Source: Chlamydiia bacterium
GTDB taxonomy: Bacteria > Chlamydiota > Chlamydiia > Chlamydiales > Rhabdochlamydiaceae
Assembly (NCBI GenBank): GCA_963804085.1
Contig: CAWDOQ010000017.1
Coordinates: 127,243 to 151,242, forward strand
Direction of reading: 5' to 3'
Length of the DNA: 24,000 nt
Shown: piece by piece, positions 7,378-16,560 of the stretch
How positions within the stretch are numbered: position 1 is the first letter of the stretch
How the letters are laid out: every line of letters starts with the position of its first letter
Notes under the pieces: generated by a model
The model's input: the letters and a program-made list of their open reading frames with translations, nothing else
The model's database searches: none
What the model was told of the DNA's origin: nothing
Position numbers and translations under genes: made by a program

Positions 7378-7878
7378 TTAGGCTTTGCTGCTTTGTTTGA
7401 TTTGGAGGAGTTCGAGGAAGGCTAGGCATCCGAATAGGATGAAGAGGGTGTAGACATACCAAGGAAATGTGAAGTGTAGCGTGAGGCCGATTAAGACGAA
7501 GAATTGGAGCGCGGTCGTCACCTTGCCCCAGCGAATAGCTTTGCATTTGTAAGCTTCCCACAATCCAGAAAAACTCAAGTAGAGTCCGAAGGCGCAGAGA
7601 AAGAAGTCGCGCGAGATCATCGCGCCTGCTTGCCACATGGCTAGCTTCTGCTCCATCAAGAGGACGCCCAAGGCGAAGAAGACGAAAAACTTGTCCATTG
7701 CAGGGTCTAAAATCGCCCCAAACTGTGTCGTAGAGCGGTATCTGCGCGCTAGGTATCCATCGATGCTGTCGGTCAGCATGGCAAGCAAGATTGCCGTGAT
7801 GCGCCAAAAGGTGCTATCTACGAGGAAAAGAAGTGCGAGAGGGGCGCGCAAAAAAGAGAGGCCGTTGGATAAACTCAT
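7378..7878 (-). CDS. pgsA: CDP-alcohol phosphatidyltransferase (PgsA-like, short 166 aa form)
   Basis: Complete motif DG-x2-AR-x8-G-x3-D-x3-D is present in DSIDGYLARRYRSTTQFGAILDPAMD. The protein is a multi-TM membrane protein. Confidence 0.75.
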   Translation of the reverse strand: MSLSNGLSFLRAPLALLFLVDSTFWRITAILLAMLTDSIDGYLARRYRSTTQFGAILDPAMDKFFVFFALGVLLMEQKLAMWQAGAMISRDFFLCAFGLYLSFSGLWEAYKCKAIRWGKVTTALQFFVLIGLTLHFTFPWYVYTLFILFGCLAFLELLQIKQSSKA

Positions 7879-7888
7879 GATCGATCAA

Positions 7889-8500
7889 TTAAGTATTTTC
7901 AGATGCTTTTCTTCGCTTATACCAAATGATGGCAATTACCGTCACAGCCAAAGCTGCGATTACGGACAAAAGGATAAACTTCAAGTTCTGGTAAAGAGCT
8001 TGGTGGTTTTGTCCGGCGAAGTAAAAGAGAGAAAATATAAGGCTGCTCCAGATGAAGCAGGCGATAACATCTCTTATGAGAAATGTTTTAAATGAGAATT
8101 TGCTTAAGCCCGTGCTCATAAATATGCAGTTGCGCACGCCAAAGGGGATGAAGCGTCCGAAAAGGAGAGTTAAAAACCCATATTTTTTGTAAAAGTTTTT
8201 AGCCTTTTCCAGCTTCTCTTCCGTAACTATCTTTTTAAAGTAGCGCACTTTGAGCAGTTTGGGGCCGAACTTTCTTCCAATCCAATAGGCGATGCACGCA
8301 GAGCAGCAGCTTCCAAAAAAGATCGAGGAGAATAATAAAAGGGTGTTCTCCGGGATAACAGTTGCAGCCAGGATTGCGCTAGTGATGAGGAGTAGATCTG
8401 TGCTGATAGGAACATTCATTCCTGCAAGCAAAAAACCACCAAAGATAAACCAGTGAGCGTGTGCGGCGTGGCTAGTGATAAAGGTGATGAGCTTTTCCAT
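7889..8500 (-). CDS. dedA: DedA/VTT-domain family membrane protein
   Basis: WIGRKFGPKLL...KYGFLTLLFGRFIPFGVRNCIFMSTGLSKFSFKTFLIRD is the typical DedA core. The start lies 9 nt after the upstream NTT stop. Confidence 0.8.
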   Translation of the reverse strand: MEKLITFITSHAAHAHWFIFGGFLLAGMNVPISTDLLLITSAILAATVIPENTLLLFSSIFFGSCCSACIAYWIGRKFGPKLLKVRYFKKIVTEEKLEKAKNFYKKYGFLTLLFGRFIPFGVRNCIFMSTGLSKFSFKTFLIRDVIACFIWSSLIFSLFYFAGQNHQALYQNLKFILLSVIAALAVTVIAIIWYKRRKASENT

Positions 8501-8509
8501 GGCGCGAGG

Positions 8510-10081
8510 CTACACTTCGCTCTTGGCCACTGCGGGAGCCGCGACCTGGACGTTCTCATCATCTTCGACTTTGAGAGTCTCGTGCGTATTTACAAGTTCG
8601 TTAAACTTCTTGCCTAGGGATTTGACGGCGACAATCCATGCTCCGATTGCGCCGAGCAGAATGAGAGCGACATAGGGTGTGCTCAAAGAGATCGTGCCAA
8701 AGAAGACGAGAAGGCCTTGGTGGATGATAGAGCCACCCGACTTTCCTAAGCGAGAGCCGACGCCATCGATAGCAGCCTTGCCCTTAAGTCTGGATTCTTT
8801 GCTAAGAGGGATAAAAGCCAGCTCTTTGGTCGCATCAAAAAGAGTGTACTTGGAGGCGCGCGCCAGACAGTTTTGGAGCGAGCCGAAAAAGACGCACATT
8901 GCAAGGGGTGTCGATCCAAGCAATCCAGCGACAACGCCTAAGCCGTAATCTTGGAAAAAGAGGAAGGAGAAGAAGCCGATGCCAGTCGTGACCAGGATAA
9001 GAGGAGAGATCATTGCGCTTGATGTCCAGCTCAGCTTGCGGATGATGTTGCCTGAGATGAAGACACTAGTTGTAGTCGCAATGACGCCAATTACAGTAAG
9101 CACCTTGCCCATGTAGGCGTTAAAGTCGCTTGGATTGGGGTAGAGCTGCTTCACCTGGTCTTTCCACACAACTTCTACCAGGTTGATCGCAATGTTGTAG
9201 GTAACAACGATAATGGCTATGCAAATTAAATATTTAGACTTTGCTAAGTAGGCAAAGTTTTTGCGGAGGCCCATCTTAAAGGTTTCGGAGGAGTGGTCGT
9301 GAGGCTCAATTCCGGCAGAGTTGTAACCAAAGCCTTTTGCATGCAGCCAACGGAAGAGGCCCATGCAGATAAGGCCGACGAGGATTACAATGCCGTTTAA
9401 AAAAAAGATTGATTGGCCCCAAGAGTCTGTTCCGAAGGGGAGATGAGGGTTGTAAACGTGTTGTGAGAGGGAGGTTGCCACTTGGCCTGCGGCGACACCT
9501 GAGAAGTTGATGCCAACTCCCAAGAGGCCATAAAAGCGTTTGGCATCATTAACATTGGTGATCTCGTTGACGAAGCCCCAGCACAGGACGGTCATAATAA
9601 TGGTGCTCCACATCTCGGACATGACGTAAAAGGCGGTAAAGGTCCAGTTGCGGAAGACCGCGACTAGTCCCTGCAATCCTAAAGGAAGGTGCGCCTGCAT
9701 GCGGTCGGCGAACTCGTGCGGATGGAGATGATCTCTAAAGGGATAGAGGACAAAAGTGAAGAGGAGGAAAAAGACGATAAACACGCTCATCATCGCATAA
9801 AAGACACGTTCGCGTGTGAGCTTGTTGGAGACGCGTGTAAAGAGGAAGGTGAACAAAAATGCCATGGGCAAAATCGCCCAGACCTTTAAAAAGGGGAGAG
9901 CCTCTGCACCTGACGCCGGTGCTGTGATGACTAGCGCATCTTTTGTTGCGCGTAAGATGCTGTAATTAAAGCCGACTAGGAAAAAGATGAGGAAAACGGG
10001 CAGGAACTTGCTGAGCTCGCTTCTATAGATAGGCCACAGGAAAGAACGTATCTTGCCAAAGGTCTCGCTCATGGAGATCAT
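8510..10081 (-). CDS. TLC/NTT-family nucleotide transporter (Npt1-like ADP/ATP translocase type, 523 aa)
   Basis: FGKIRSFLWPIYRSELSKFLPVFLIFFLVGFNYSILRATKDALVITAPASGAEALPFLKVW... and ASKYTLFDATKELAFIPLSKESRLKGKAAIDGVGSRLGKSGG are hallmark segments of chlamydial/rickettsial nucleotide transporters. Confidence 0.9.
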   Translation of the reverse strand: MISMSETFGKIRSFLWPIYRSELSKFLPVFLIFFLVGFNYSILRATKDALVITAPASGAEALPFLKVWAILPMAFLFTFLFTRVSNKLTRERVFYAMMSVFIVFFLLFTFVLYPFRDHLHPHEFADRMQAHLPLGLQGLVAVFRNWTFTAFYVMSEMWSTIIMTVLCWGFVNEITNVNDAKRFYGLLGVGINFSGVAAGQVATSLSQHVYNPHLPFGTDSWGQSIFFLNGIVILVGLICMGLFRWLHAKGFGYNSAGIEPHDHSSETFKMGLRKNFAYLAKSKYLICIAIIVVTYNIAINLVEVVWKDQVKQLYPNPSDFNAYMGKVLTVIGVIATTTSVFISGNIIRKLSWTSSAMISPLILVTTGIGFFSFLFFQDYGLGVVAGLLGSTPLAMCVFFGSLQNCLARASKYTLFDATKELAFIPLSKESRLKGKAAIDGVGSRLGKSGGSIIHQGLLVFFGTISLSTPYVALILLGAIGAWIVAVKSLGKKFNELVNTHETLKVEDDENVQVAAPAVAKSEV

Positions 10082-10158
10082 TCCTCTTTACGCAACATAA
10101 TAGCAGATTGCTTCGTTCTGGCCTACGATCTTTTTTTCCTCAAGAGAAAGATAGATAT

Positions 10159-11361
10159 TTAAAATTTATTTGATAGCGCATCGATGCCTGGTAAACGGCC
10201 ATATTCGAGGAACTCTAAAGAAGCGCCTCCCCCTGTCGAAACGTGTGAAAAATATTTTGCTAGTTTAAGAGCATTGACAGCTGCGACGGAATCTCCTCCG
10301 CCTACGATCCGCAAAGACTTTAATTGAGCGAGTGATTGGGCAAGAGCGTTTGTCCCTTTGGCGAAATGGGGAAATTCAAAAACACCCATGGGTCCATTCC
10401 AAAAAATTGTTTGCGCTTTGGCAAGTTCTGTTTGCCATGCAGCCGTTGTGCGCGGTCCGATATCCATTCCTTGCCATCCCGCCGGGATCCCCTCCTTTGC
10501 TAAGATAATTTTTGAAGGGGCATCTTCTAGAAAAGCATTGGCAATGACAAGATCCTCCGGCAGCCAGACTTTAATTTTTTTGGAGGAGCAAGCTTTCAGA
10601 AAGTGGTTCGCTTTTTCTACGAGATCGGCTTCACAGAGCGAATCTCCGACGGAGATTCCTTGAGCCTTAAGAAAGGTGAAGGCCATAGCGCCTCCGATAA
10701 AGATCGCATCGACTTTCGTAAGAAGTGATTCTAATACACCGATCTTCGAGGAGACTTTGGCTCCGCCGATAAGCGCATAAAAGGGGCGCTTGGGATTTTT
10801 AACAAGCGGTTCTAAAAAAGAGATCTCTTTTTGCATGAGCAATCCCGCTGCTGCTTTTTCGGGGAAGTATTGAGTGATCGTCACAGTGGAGGCGTGTGCA
10901 CGATGGGCGGCTCCAAAAGCGTCGTTCACATAGAGATCTCCGAGTTTAGAGAGCTTCTCTGCAAAAGAGGGATCGAGTTCCGGTTTTTCCTCTGCTGCGT
11001 AAAAGCGCAAATTTTCTAAGAGCAGCACATCGTTCATTTTTAAGGCGTGCGCTTTTTTTTCGGCTTCTTTGCCAATACAATCTGACGCAAAGTGAACGGG
11101 CATTTTTAGAAGTTTACTGAGCGCTTTGGCGCAAGGAGCTAAAGAGAACTCCGGATCCCGCTTTCCTTTGGGGCGTCCCAAGTGGCTCATCAAAATAACA
11201 GCTCCGCCCGCTTTCAGGATGTATTCGATGGAGGGAAGGGCTTCTTTAATGCGTGTGTCATCGGTAATCTCTCCCTCTTTGTTCAAAGGGACGTTGAAGT
11301 CGACGCGCATGATTACTTTTTTGCCTTTGATAACAAGATCTTGTATAGCGAGTTTATTCAT
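10159..11361 (-). CDS. pgk: Phosphoglycerate kinase
   Basis: Full-length 400 aa with RVDFNVPL, SHLGRPKG, GGAKVSSKIGV and FWNGPMGVFE motifs. Confidence 0.95.
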   Translation of the reverse strand: MNKLAIQDLVIKGKKVIMRVDFNVPLNKEGEITDDTRIKEALPSIEYILKAGGAVILMSHLGRPKGKRDPEFSLAPCAKALSKLLKMPVHFASDCIGKEAEKKAHALKMNDVLLLENLRFYAAEEKPELDPSFAEKLSKLGDLYVNDAFGAAHRAHASTVTITQYFPEKAAAGLLMQKEISFLEPLVKNPKRPFYALIGGAKVSSKIGVLESLLTKVDAIFIGGAMAFTFLKAQGISVGDSLCEADLVEKANHFLKACSSKKIKVWLPEDLVIANAFLEDAPSKIILAKEGIPAGWQGMDIGPRTTAAWQTELAKAQTIFWNGPMGVFEFPHFAKGTNALAQSLAQLKSLRIVGGGDSVAAVNALKLAKYFSHVSTGGGASLEFLEYGRLPGIDALSNKF

Positions 11362-11515
11362 TCTCTCTCTTCTCTGTGCTCTCTGTGCCCTCTAGCGAGC
11401 TTGCGAAGCGGGTGGTAAAACATCTTCTTCTTCTCTTTCTTCATCCTGCTTATCCTGTCCATCCTGTTCTAATTCTTCTTCTTCAAATAAGTTATGCAAT
11501 GGTCTTTTAGTTGGG

Positions 11516-12670
11516 TTATTTGCTCCACATTAATATAGCGTCGCTGACAGGGCGCTCATCTCCGCCTCCTTCTTCTCCCTCATCACACGAGACGCCATTC
11601 ACTACGCATCCATCTAAAAAAAGTGTCGAAGATCCGCCGCCATCTAAATTAAGAGCGTCACAGCAGCCGAGCGAAAAGAGAAAGTCGGCAAGTTCTTTCA
11701 TTGTCATGCCGATGCTGCGATCGGGCTGCCTGCCATCTACTACGACAAAGACCCAATGGCCATCCGGTTTTATTCCGATAGCGGTTCGCGGATGCCTCTC
11801 GGTTAAAAAGGAGGGGCGCGTCTTTTCGCTAGTATAGTCGGAGATCTTTTCGCCTTGAGAGATGAGAAGAGGTGTGCCTCCTACGATGTTGCTTACCTTG
11901 TTCCAAAGAGCTTCATTTTTCGTGTCGAGTTCGGGAAGCACTTGAATCGAGAAGTTGGCAAGAGTCCGGAGCTTTTTTTGAGGCAGGTTTAAAGAGACCG
12001 ATTCTCCTATTGCATAAACGCACCCTCCGATCGGTAAAATGGAATCTCCCCCATATCCAATGGATTGGACGGATCCCTCTTTATCGATCAGAACCTCTTT
12101 AGTCTGAGGTGGAGATAGCGTAGAGGAGAAAAAATTAGAGGTGTAGAGAATGGTTTTATCGGTGGATGCCGGCTGGTTGATGCAATCTATAGGAAAAGAG
12201 AGATTCTCCCATTGGAGCGCGGCTTTCATATCGACGCGGTCGATCAGAACTACTTTTCCTCCGTCCATCCACCCAATAGCAGCTCGCTTGTTCCGAGGAG
12301 AGGAGAGAAATTGACCCGCAATTTTTAAGATCCCTGAAGAGGAGCCATCATACTTTCCTTCCATACGAAAAAAACCGCCGTTTACTGCAGCAAATGCCCC
12401 CTTTCTTTTTGCAATCGAAGAGGTCTTCTCTCTAGAGAGGACGTAGGGAGAAGCGTGGACAGGGGCGATCTTCACATATTTGGGGTCGACCTCGAGAATG
12501 TGGATCGAGAGCGGGCCTGCAAGTGTGCGCTGTTCGTAGACAAATCCTTTGGGTAGCTGAGCCGAAAGGAGCAGGAGGAGAAGTGGAAGCCAGAGTAGCT
12601 GCTTATAGAGAAGAAAAAGGGTTGGCAGCTTGTGTGAAGGGATTGCCTTGCTTGCGCCGCTTAATTTCAG
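11516..12670 (-). CDS. Phosphodiester glycosidase (NAGPA/DUF2233-like) family protein, secreted; start codon uncertain
   Basis: AVNGGFF..., RTAIGIKPDGHWVFVVVDGRQPDRSIGMTMKELADFLFSLGCCDALNLDGGGSST is the family signature. A signal-peptide-like LLWLPLLLLLLSAQ is present. The ATG at 12880 would overlap the upstream gene by 278 nt. There is no in-frame ATG or GTG near the signal peptide, only CTG at 12670 and 12628 and more distal TTGs. Confidence 0.65.
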   Translation of the reverse strand: MKLSGASKAIPSHKLPTLFLLYKQLLWLPLLLLLLSAQLPKGFVYEQRTLAGPLSIHILEVDPKYVKIAPVHASPYVLSREKTSSIAKRKGAFAAVNGGFFRMEGKYDGSSSGILKIAGQFLSSPRNKRAAIGWMDGGKVVLIDRVDMKAALQWENLSFPIDCINQPASTDKTILYTSNFFSSTLSPPQTKEVLIDKEGSVQSIGYGGDSILPIGGCVYAIGESVSLNLPQKKLRTLANFSIQVLPELDTKNEALWNKVSNIVGGTPLLISQGEKISDYTSEKTRPSFLTERHPRTAIGIKPDGHWVFVVVDGRQPDRSIGMTMKELADFLFSLGCCDALNLDGGGSSTLFLDGCVVNGVSCDEGEEGGGDERPVSDAILMWSK

Positions 12671-13352
12671 AGCGGATCGAAAAGAGCAGGTCTTGATCGA
12701 AATCTTTATGCGCAGCCCACTGGAGATATTCGATAGGAACTTCTGCAAAAGGCCTGCCTTTATGTTTGCCAAGGGGCATTGCTTTGAGCTGAATCGGCTT
12801 TTTAAGGCGCTCAAACAGCTCTTGGGTCGTTTTATACTTCTTACAGAGAAACTTGAAGACTTCAATATTAACGACCACATCGCTCATTGCACGATGCGCT
12901 CCCTCTGACTCGATATTAAAATGCTCCCGCAGTTTTTCTAAAGAGTTAAAAGGGCTCTCTCCATACAAACGCGCCATGCGCAACGTGTCAAGATAGGGTT
13001 GCGACTCCAGTTTGGATGGGATACAGAGACGCTTTGCAGCATTGGCGACAAAAGAGATGTCGAGCGAGATGCCATGGCCGATCAGTATGTCACTGCCCAA
13101 GAATTTTAAAAGAGGAGGGATGACCTCGTTGATCTTAGGTTTTCCCTTGACCATCTCATCTGTGATGTGATGGATGGCGATCGATTCGGCAGGAATGGGA
13201 ATCTCGGGATCGACAAGAGATTCGTACGATTCGATCACGCCGTCGAAAGTGAATCTTGCAGCCGCAACCTCAATGATGCTGTTTGCCGACGGGTCAAGCC
13301 CCGTGGTTTCTAGGTCGAAACAGACAAATTGCTCTTTATGTATTAAGCCCAT
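12603..13352 (-). CDS. DEDDh 3'-5' exonuclease (DnaQ/epsilon-like) with a C-terminal MPxGKHKG-type small domain
   Basis: Exo motifs are FDLETTGL, ILIGHGISLDISF and HRAMSDV. The C-terminal AMPLGKHKGRPFAEVPIEYLQWAA tail is seen in chlamydial DnaQ-like paralogs. Confidence 0.85.
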   Translation of the reverse strand: MGLIHKEQFVCFDLETTGLDPSANSIIEVAAARFTFDGVIESYESLVDPEIPIPAESIAIHHITDEMVKGKPKINEVIPPLLKFLGSDILIGHGISLDISFVANAAKRLCIPSKLESQPYLDTLRMARLYGESPFNSLEKLREHFNIESEGAHRAMSDVVVNIEVFKFLCKKYKTTQELFERLKKPIQLKAMPLGKHKGRPFAEVPIEYLQWAAHKDFDQDLLFSIRSEIKRRKQGNPFTQAANPFSSL

Positions 13353-13969
13353 AGGACCGCATTAATTTTTTCAATTAGCTTCTCTCTTGCCGCCGCATCT
13401 TTTATGGAATAGGGAAGGTAGTCGAAAGTAGGGATTGTTGCAATCTCCTTTTTGATAAGAGAAAGAGACATGGTGATCTGCGATGCCAAAGTGCCTTTGT
13501 CCAGCTTATCAGCCTTTGTAAAGACGAGAAGAAACGGTTTTTTATAAAAAGTGGCCCAATTTATAAAGGCAAGGTCCTCATCTGATGGCAGCCTGCGGGA
13601 ATCCAAAAGGAGGAGAAGGAGAGAAAGAGAGGATCGGTTTTTAAGATAGTGTTCGATGCTCTTTCCCCAAGACTCCTTTATTTTTTTAGGTACCTTTGCG
13701 TAGCCATATCCCGGAAGATCCACCAAAAGGAGTGTTTCATCGACTGTGAAGAGGTTTAGCAGCTGTGTCTTTCCGGGTGTAGAGGAGACGCGTGCGAGTG
13801 TCTTGTCATTGAGAAGATGATTGAGTAAGGAGGATTTGCCGACATTAGACCTTCCGATACAAGCGATTTCGGGCAGCACGACTCCGCGCGAGTTTTGTAG
13901 AAGCGGAAGAGCGTCTAATGAGAGGGCGCTTGTAAGAAACTGCCCCTTGTTAAAAAGTACCTTTTTCAC
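13343..13969 (-). CDS. engB: Ribosome-biogenesis GTPase EngB/YsxC/YihA
   Basis: G1 motif GRSNVGKSS; SSTPGKTQ; G3 motif LVDLPGYGYAKV; TKADK. It overlaps the downstream exonuclease start by 10 nt. Confidence 0.9.
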   Translation of the reverse strand: MKKVLFNKGQFLTSALSLDALPLLQNSRGVVLPEIACIGRSNVGKSSLLNHLLNDKTLARVSSTPGKTQLLNLFTVDETLLLVDLPGYGYAKVPKKIKESWGKSIEHYLKNRSSLSLLLLLLDSRRLPSDEDLAFINWATFYKKPFLLVFTKADKLDKGTLASQITMSLSLIKKEIATIPTFDYLPYSIKDAAAREKLIEKINAVLWA

Positions 13970-14397
13970 GAGATCCTAATTGTTCTTTTTTCGGCTCCTG
14001 CATAGAGCAGTTCTATCATCTTTCTATGCGCAGGCAGAAGCGCTGGAATCTTCTCTGACCATTCGATACAACAGACCCCTTCGGCATTTAAATACTCGTC
14101 AAAGCCCAGCTTCAAGAAATCCTGTTCGTCTTTTAACCGATAGAGATCGAAATGGTAGACAGCGAGCCTGCCGCCTGAATAAATATTGAGGTAACAAAAG
14201 GTGGGGCTGACAACAGTGTCTTCGGCAACGCCTGTGAGTTCGGAGATAAGACCTTTAATGAAGGTTGTTTTTCCTGCTCCCAGTTCTCCTTGAAAAGCTA
14301 AGACACTATTGGGCGTAAGCTGTTTAGCTAACTCGCGTCCTGCTTGCTTTGTCTCCGCGGCAGCTTCTGTGACAAAGGAAGTGCTCGGTCTACTCAT
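13966..14397 (-). CDS. tsaE: tRNA t6A37 biosynthesis ATPase TsaE (YjeE)
   Basis: QGELGAGKTTFIKGL...VSPTF...VYHFDLYRL...IEW is the canonical TsaE pattern. It has a 4-nt overlap with engB. Confidence 0.9.
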   Translation of the reverse strand: MSRPSTSFVTEAAAETKQAGRELAKQLTPNSVLAFQGELGAGKTTFIKGLISELTGVAEDTVVSPTFCYLNIYSGGRLAVYHFDLYRLKDEQDFLKLGFDEYLNAEGVCCIEWSEKIPALLPAHRKMIELLYAGAEKRTIRIS

Positions 14398-15130
14398 TCT
14401 CCTCTACGCGCTCTTCTTCGAGCCACCCATCAACAAAAGGTGTAAACTCTTCAAAGCCGGAGAGTCCTTCTACGAACGCATTGATTTTGCTCTCATGTAG
14501 CTGCTTTTGGATGAATGCGAGAAAGTGTTCTTCGATTTGAAAGCGGTTCTGATTTGTCACCTCTGTAAGAGAAAGAGGCTTGAGCTGGTTCTTCATAAAG
14601 TCATCGATGACAGCAGCTTTGCTGTTAAATAGCTTGCCTGTCACGGCTGAAGAGTAAACAATTTTTGTGATTGGCTCTTTTAATTTTACAATATAATTTT
14701 TAATAACGTCGGGATCTTCTGAGACAAAAAATCTTTTAGCCTTTAAACCACCTACGCGCTCTGTATTTTCAGGGCACTTAGAGACCCAATCATAGATGGC
14801 GTCTTGCGGGTTAGGATGGGTGTTATCTCCAAAAACCTTACCGGTAAAGGGGCAGATATAGACCTTTTTGGTGTGTTCGTTGACGCTTTGTTGGCCTACC
14901 TGGATCTTAATTTCAGTTTCGCGCCAGAGTTTGCCTTGATCTTCCAGTTTTTTGATCAGCTCGTCCTGGCTCTGGTAAATCATCTTTTCACGGATGAATA
15001 GGACCGGTTTGATCTTATATTTTCTTTCTAAAAAAAAGAGGTATGTTGTGATCAGGTCTGATTTCTTGTTCTTTTTAAGAAACTTGACCAGCTCTTCTTT
15101 TAGCGATTCTGAAATGACAAGCGTTGTCAT
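14390..15130 (-). CDS. Conserved hypothetical protein (first gene of the minus-strand operon)
   Basis: 246-aa ORF with an 8-nt overlap with tsaE and an acidic C-terminus. It contains YICPFTGKVFGDNTHPNPQDAIYDWVSKCPEN. No catalytic motif was recognised. Confidence 0.6.
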   Translation of the reverse strand: MTTLVISESLKEELVKFLKKNKKSDLITTYLFFLERKYKIKPVLFIREKMIYQSQDELIKKLEDQGKLWRETEIKIQVGQQSVNEHTKKVYICPFTGKVFGDNTHPNPQDAIYDWVSKCPENTERVGGLKAKRFFVSEDPDVIKNYIVKLKEPITKIVYSSAVTGKLFNSKAAVIDDFMKNQLKPLSLTEVTNQNRFQIEEHFLAFIQKQLHESKINAFVEGLSGFEEFTPFVDGWLEEERVEENE

Positions 15131-15274
15131 TATGCCCTCAAAATAGGTTAAAAATAGAGGATGAGCCTATCTGAAATTATGATTAATGATCAAGAGGCAA
15201 ATTAAATACCTTGTAAATATTCCGTCAAATTTAGAAAATTGATCACTAACTTAATTTTCAAAGGAGAGGGCAAA

Positions 15275-16390
15275 ATGGCTCTGACTTTAGAAGAGACTCT
15301 CGTGTTAAAAGAGATACACGTCGAGGGATATGAGAAGGTGATCAAGGTTACCAATGAAAAGGTTGGACTAAAGGCGATCATCTGTATGCATAGCACGGCG
15401 CTCGGCCCGACTCTCGGAGGCACGCGTATTCATCCTTATACCTCCTTTGAAGCTGCTTTAGATGATGTGAAAAGATTAGCAAAAGGGATGACCTATAAAT
15501 CTGCTGTCACCGATTGCGGTTGGGGCGGAGGCAAGAGTGTCATTATCGCTGATCCCAAAAAAGATAAGACAAAAGCGCTCCTTCTCGCATTTGGAGAAGC
15601 AGTCAACCGGTTAAAAGGCGCTTACATCTGTGCAGAAGATGTCGGCAGCACCCCGGAAGATATGACCACGATCAGCCAAGCTACCCCTTTTGTGGTTGGA
15701 CTTCCCCATCCTAAAAGCAGCGGCAACCCAGCTCCTTTCACTGCTTGGGGTACCTTTCGCGGCATTCAGTCTGCGATAAAAAAGGTCTTTGGAAGCGACT
15801 CGGTGGAAGGACGCACAATCGCGATTCAAGGAGTAGGCAGCGTAGGTGCTATCCTGGCTGAACTGCTCTTCTGGATGGGCGCTAAGCTAATTCTTGCCGA
15901 TGTCGATAAAGAAAAGGTGCGAGAGCTTGCGCACAAATTTGGCGCAGAGGTTGTAGCACCCAATGAGATTCTCACTGTAGAATGCGATCTTCTGGCGCCC
16001 TGTGCGATGGGAGCCATCTTAAACCCCCGCACGATACCGGAGCTCCGCTGCAGAGCAATCGCCGGATGCGCCAATAACCAGCTCTTAAACGATGCCGATG
16101 CGATTTCACTCATGAGAAGAGGCGTGCTCTACGCTCCCGATTTTGTGATCAATTCCGGTGGCCTGATCAACGTATCGCAAGAGCTCTCTCCCGATGGATA
16201 TCATCCCGGCCTTGCCCGCGATAAGATAAACACCATTTACGATCAGCTTCTTGCAATCTACGACATCTCCTTCCAAAACCGCGTCTCGACTCATGCAGCA
16301 GCTGTTGCCTTGTGCGACTACCGCTTAAAATATGCAATTGGCAAAAGACAGATTCCACCCTACTTCCATCACGCCGACCGCAAACGCTAA
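15275..16390 (+). CDS. Leucine (Glu/Leu/Phe/Val family) dehydrogenase
   Basis: [44 protein letters not shown] includes the catalytic Lys motif. The Rossmann motif is [10 protein letters not shown]. The ATG at 15275 is preferred over the track TTG at 15239 because AAGGAGAGGG lies at 15261-15270. Confidence 0.85.
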   Translation: MALTLEETLVLKEIHVEGYEKVIKVTNEKVGLKAIICMHSTALGPTLGGTRIHPYTSFEAALDDVKRLAKGMTYKSAVTDCGWGGGKSVIIADPKKDKTKALLLAFGEAVNRLKGAYICAEDVGSTPEDMTTISQATPFVVGLPHPKSSGNPAPFTAWGTFRGIQSAIKKVFGSDSVEGRTIAIQGVGSVGAILAELLFWMGAKLILADVDKEKVRELAHKFGAEVVAPNEILTVECDLLAPCAMGAILNPRTIPELRCRAIAGCANNQLLNDADAISLMRRGVLYAPDFVINSGGLINVSQELSPDGYHPGLARDKINTIYDQLLAIYDISFQNRVSTHAAAVALCDYRLKYAIGKRQIPPYFHHADRKR

Positions 16391-16555
16391 AGTCGGGCCT
16401 GAAGTATTGCTTTGCCGAAGATTTTTGATGATTTTTCGGCGATTTTCACTTTTTGCGAACGAATCTAACTTGAAGAAAGTTAAGGAGTTCGCAAAAATTG
16501 AAAATCGACAAAAAGCGCAAAACAGATTCGGCGAATGAATACTTCAGGGACGACT
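16391..16555. repeat. 165-bp long imperfect palindrome (element F) filling the ldh-argS intergenic region
   Basis: Outer arms agtcgggcctgaagtattgctttgccgaa and ttcggcgaatgaatacttcagggacgact pair. Inner arms tttttcggcgattttcactttttgcgaac and gttcgcaaaaattgaaaatcgacaaaaa pair. The central mini-hairpin is taactt...aagtta. Confidence 0.75.
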
Positions 16556-16560
16556 AAATT

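Noticed and set aside
7149..7807. Track ORFs 7149-7400(+) and 7292-7807(-)
   Set aside because: The first lies wholly within the 279-bp inverted repeat. The second is antisense to the well-supported pgsA-like gene. Neither has an RBS or recognisable motif.
15239..15274. Upstream alternative starts proposed by the ORF track: TTG 15239 for the dehydrogenase, TTG 20770 for the small unknown gene and TTG 22068 for the F-box gene
   Set aside because: For the dehydrogenase and the small unknown gene, an in-frame ATG with a proper Shine-Dalgarno sequence lies just downstream: 15275 after AAGGAGAGGG, and 20842 after AAGGAG. For the F-box gene, the in-frame ATG at 22074 follows an extended -10. The extensions add non-conserved residues.
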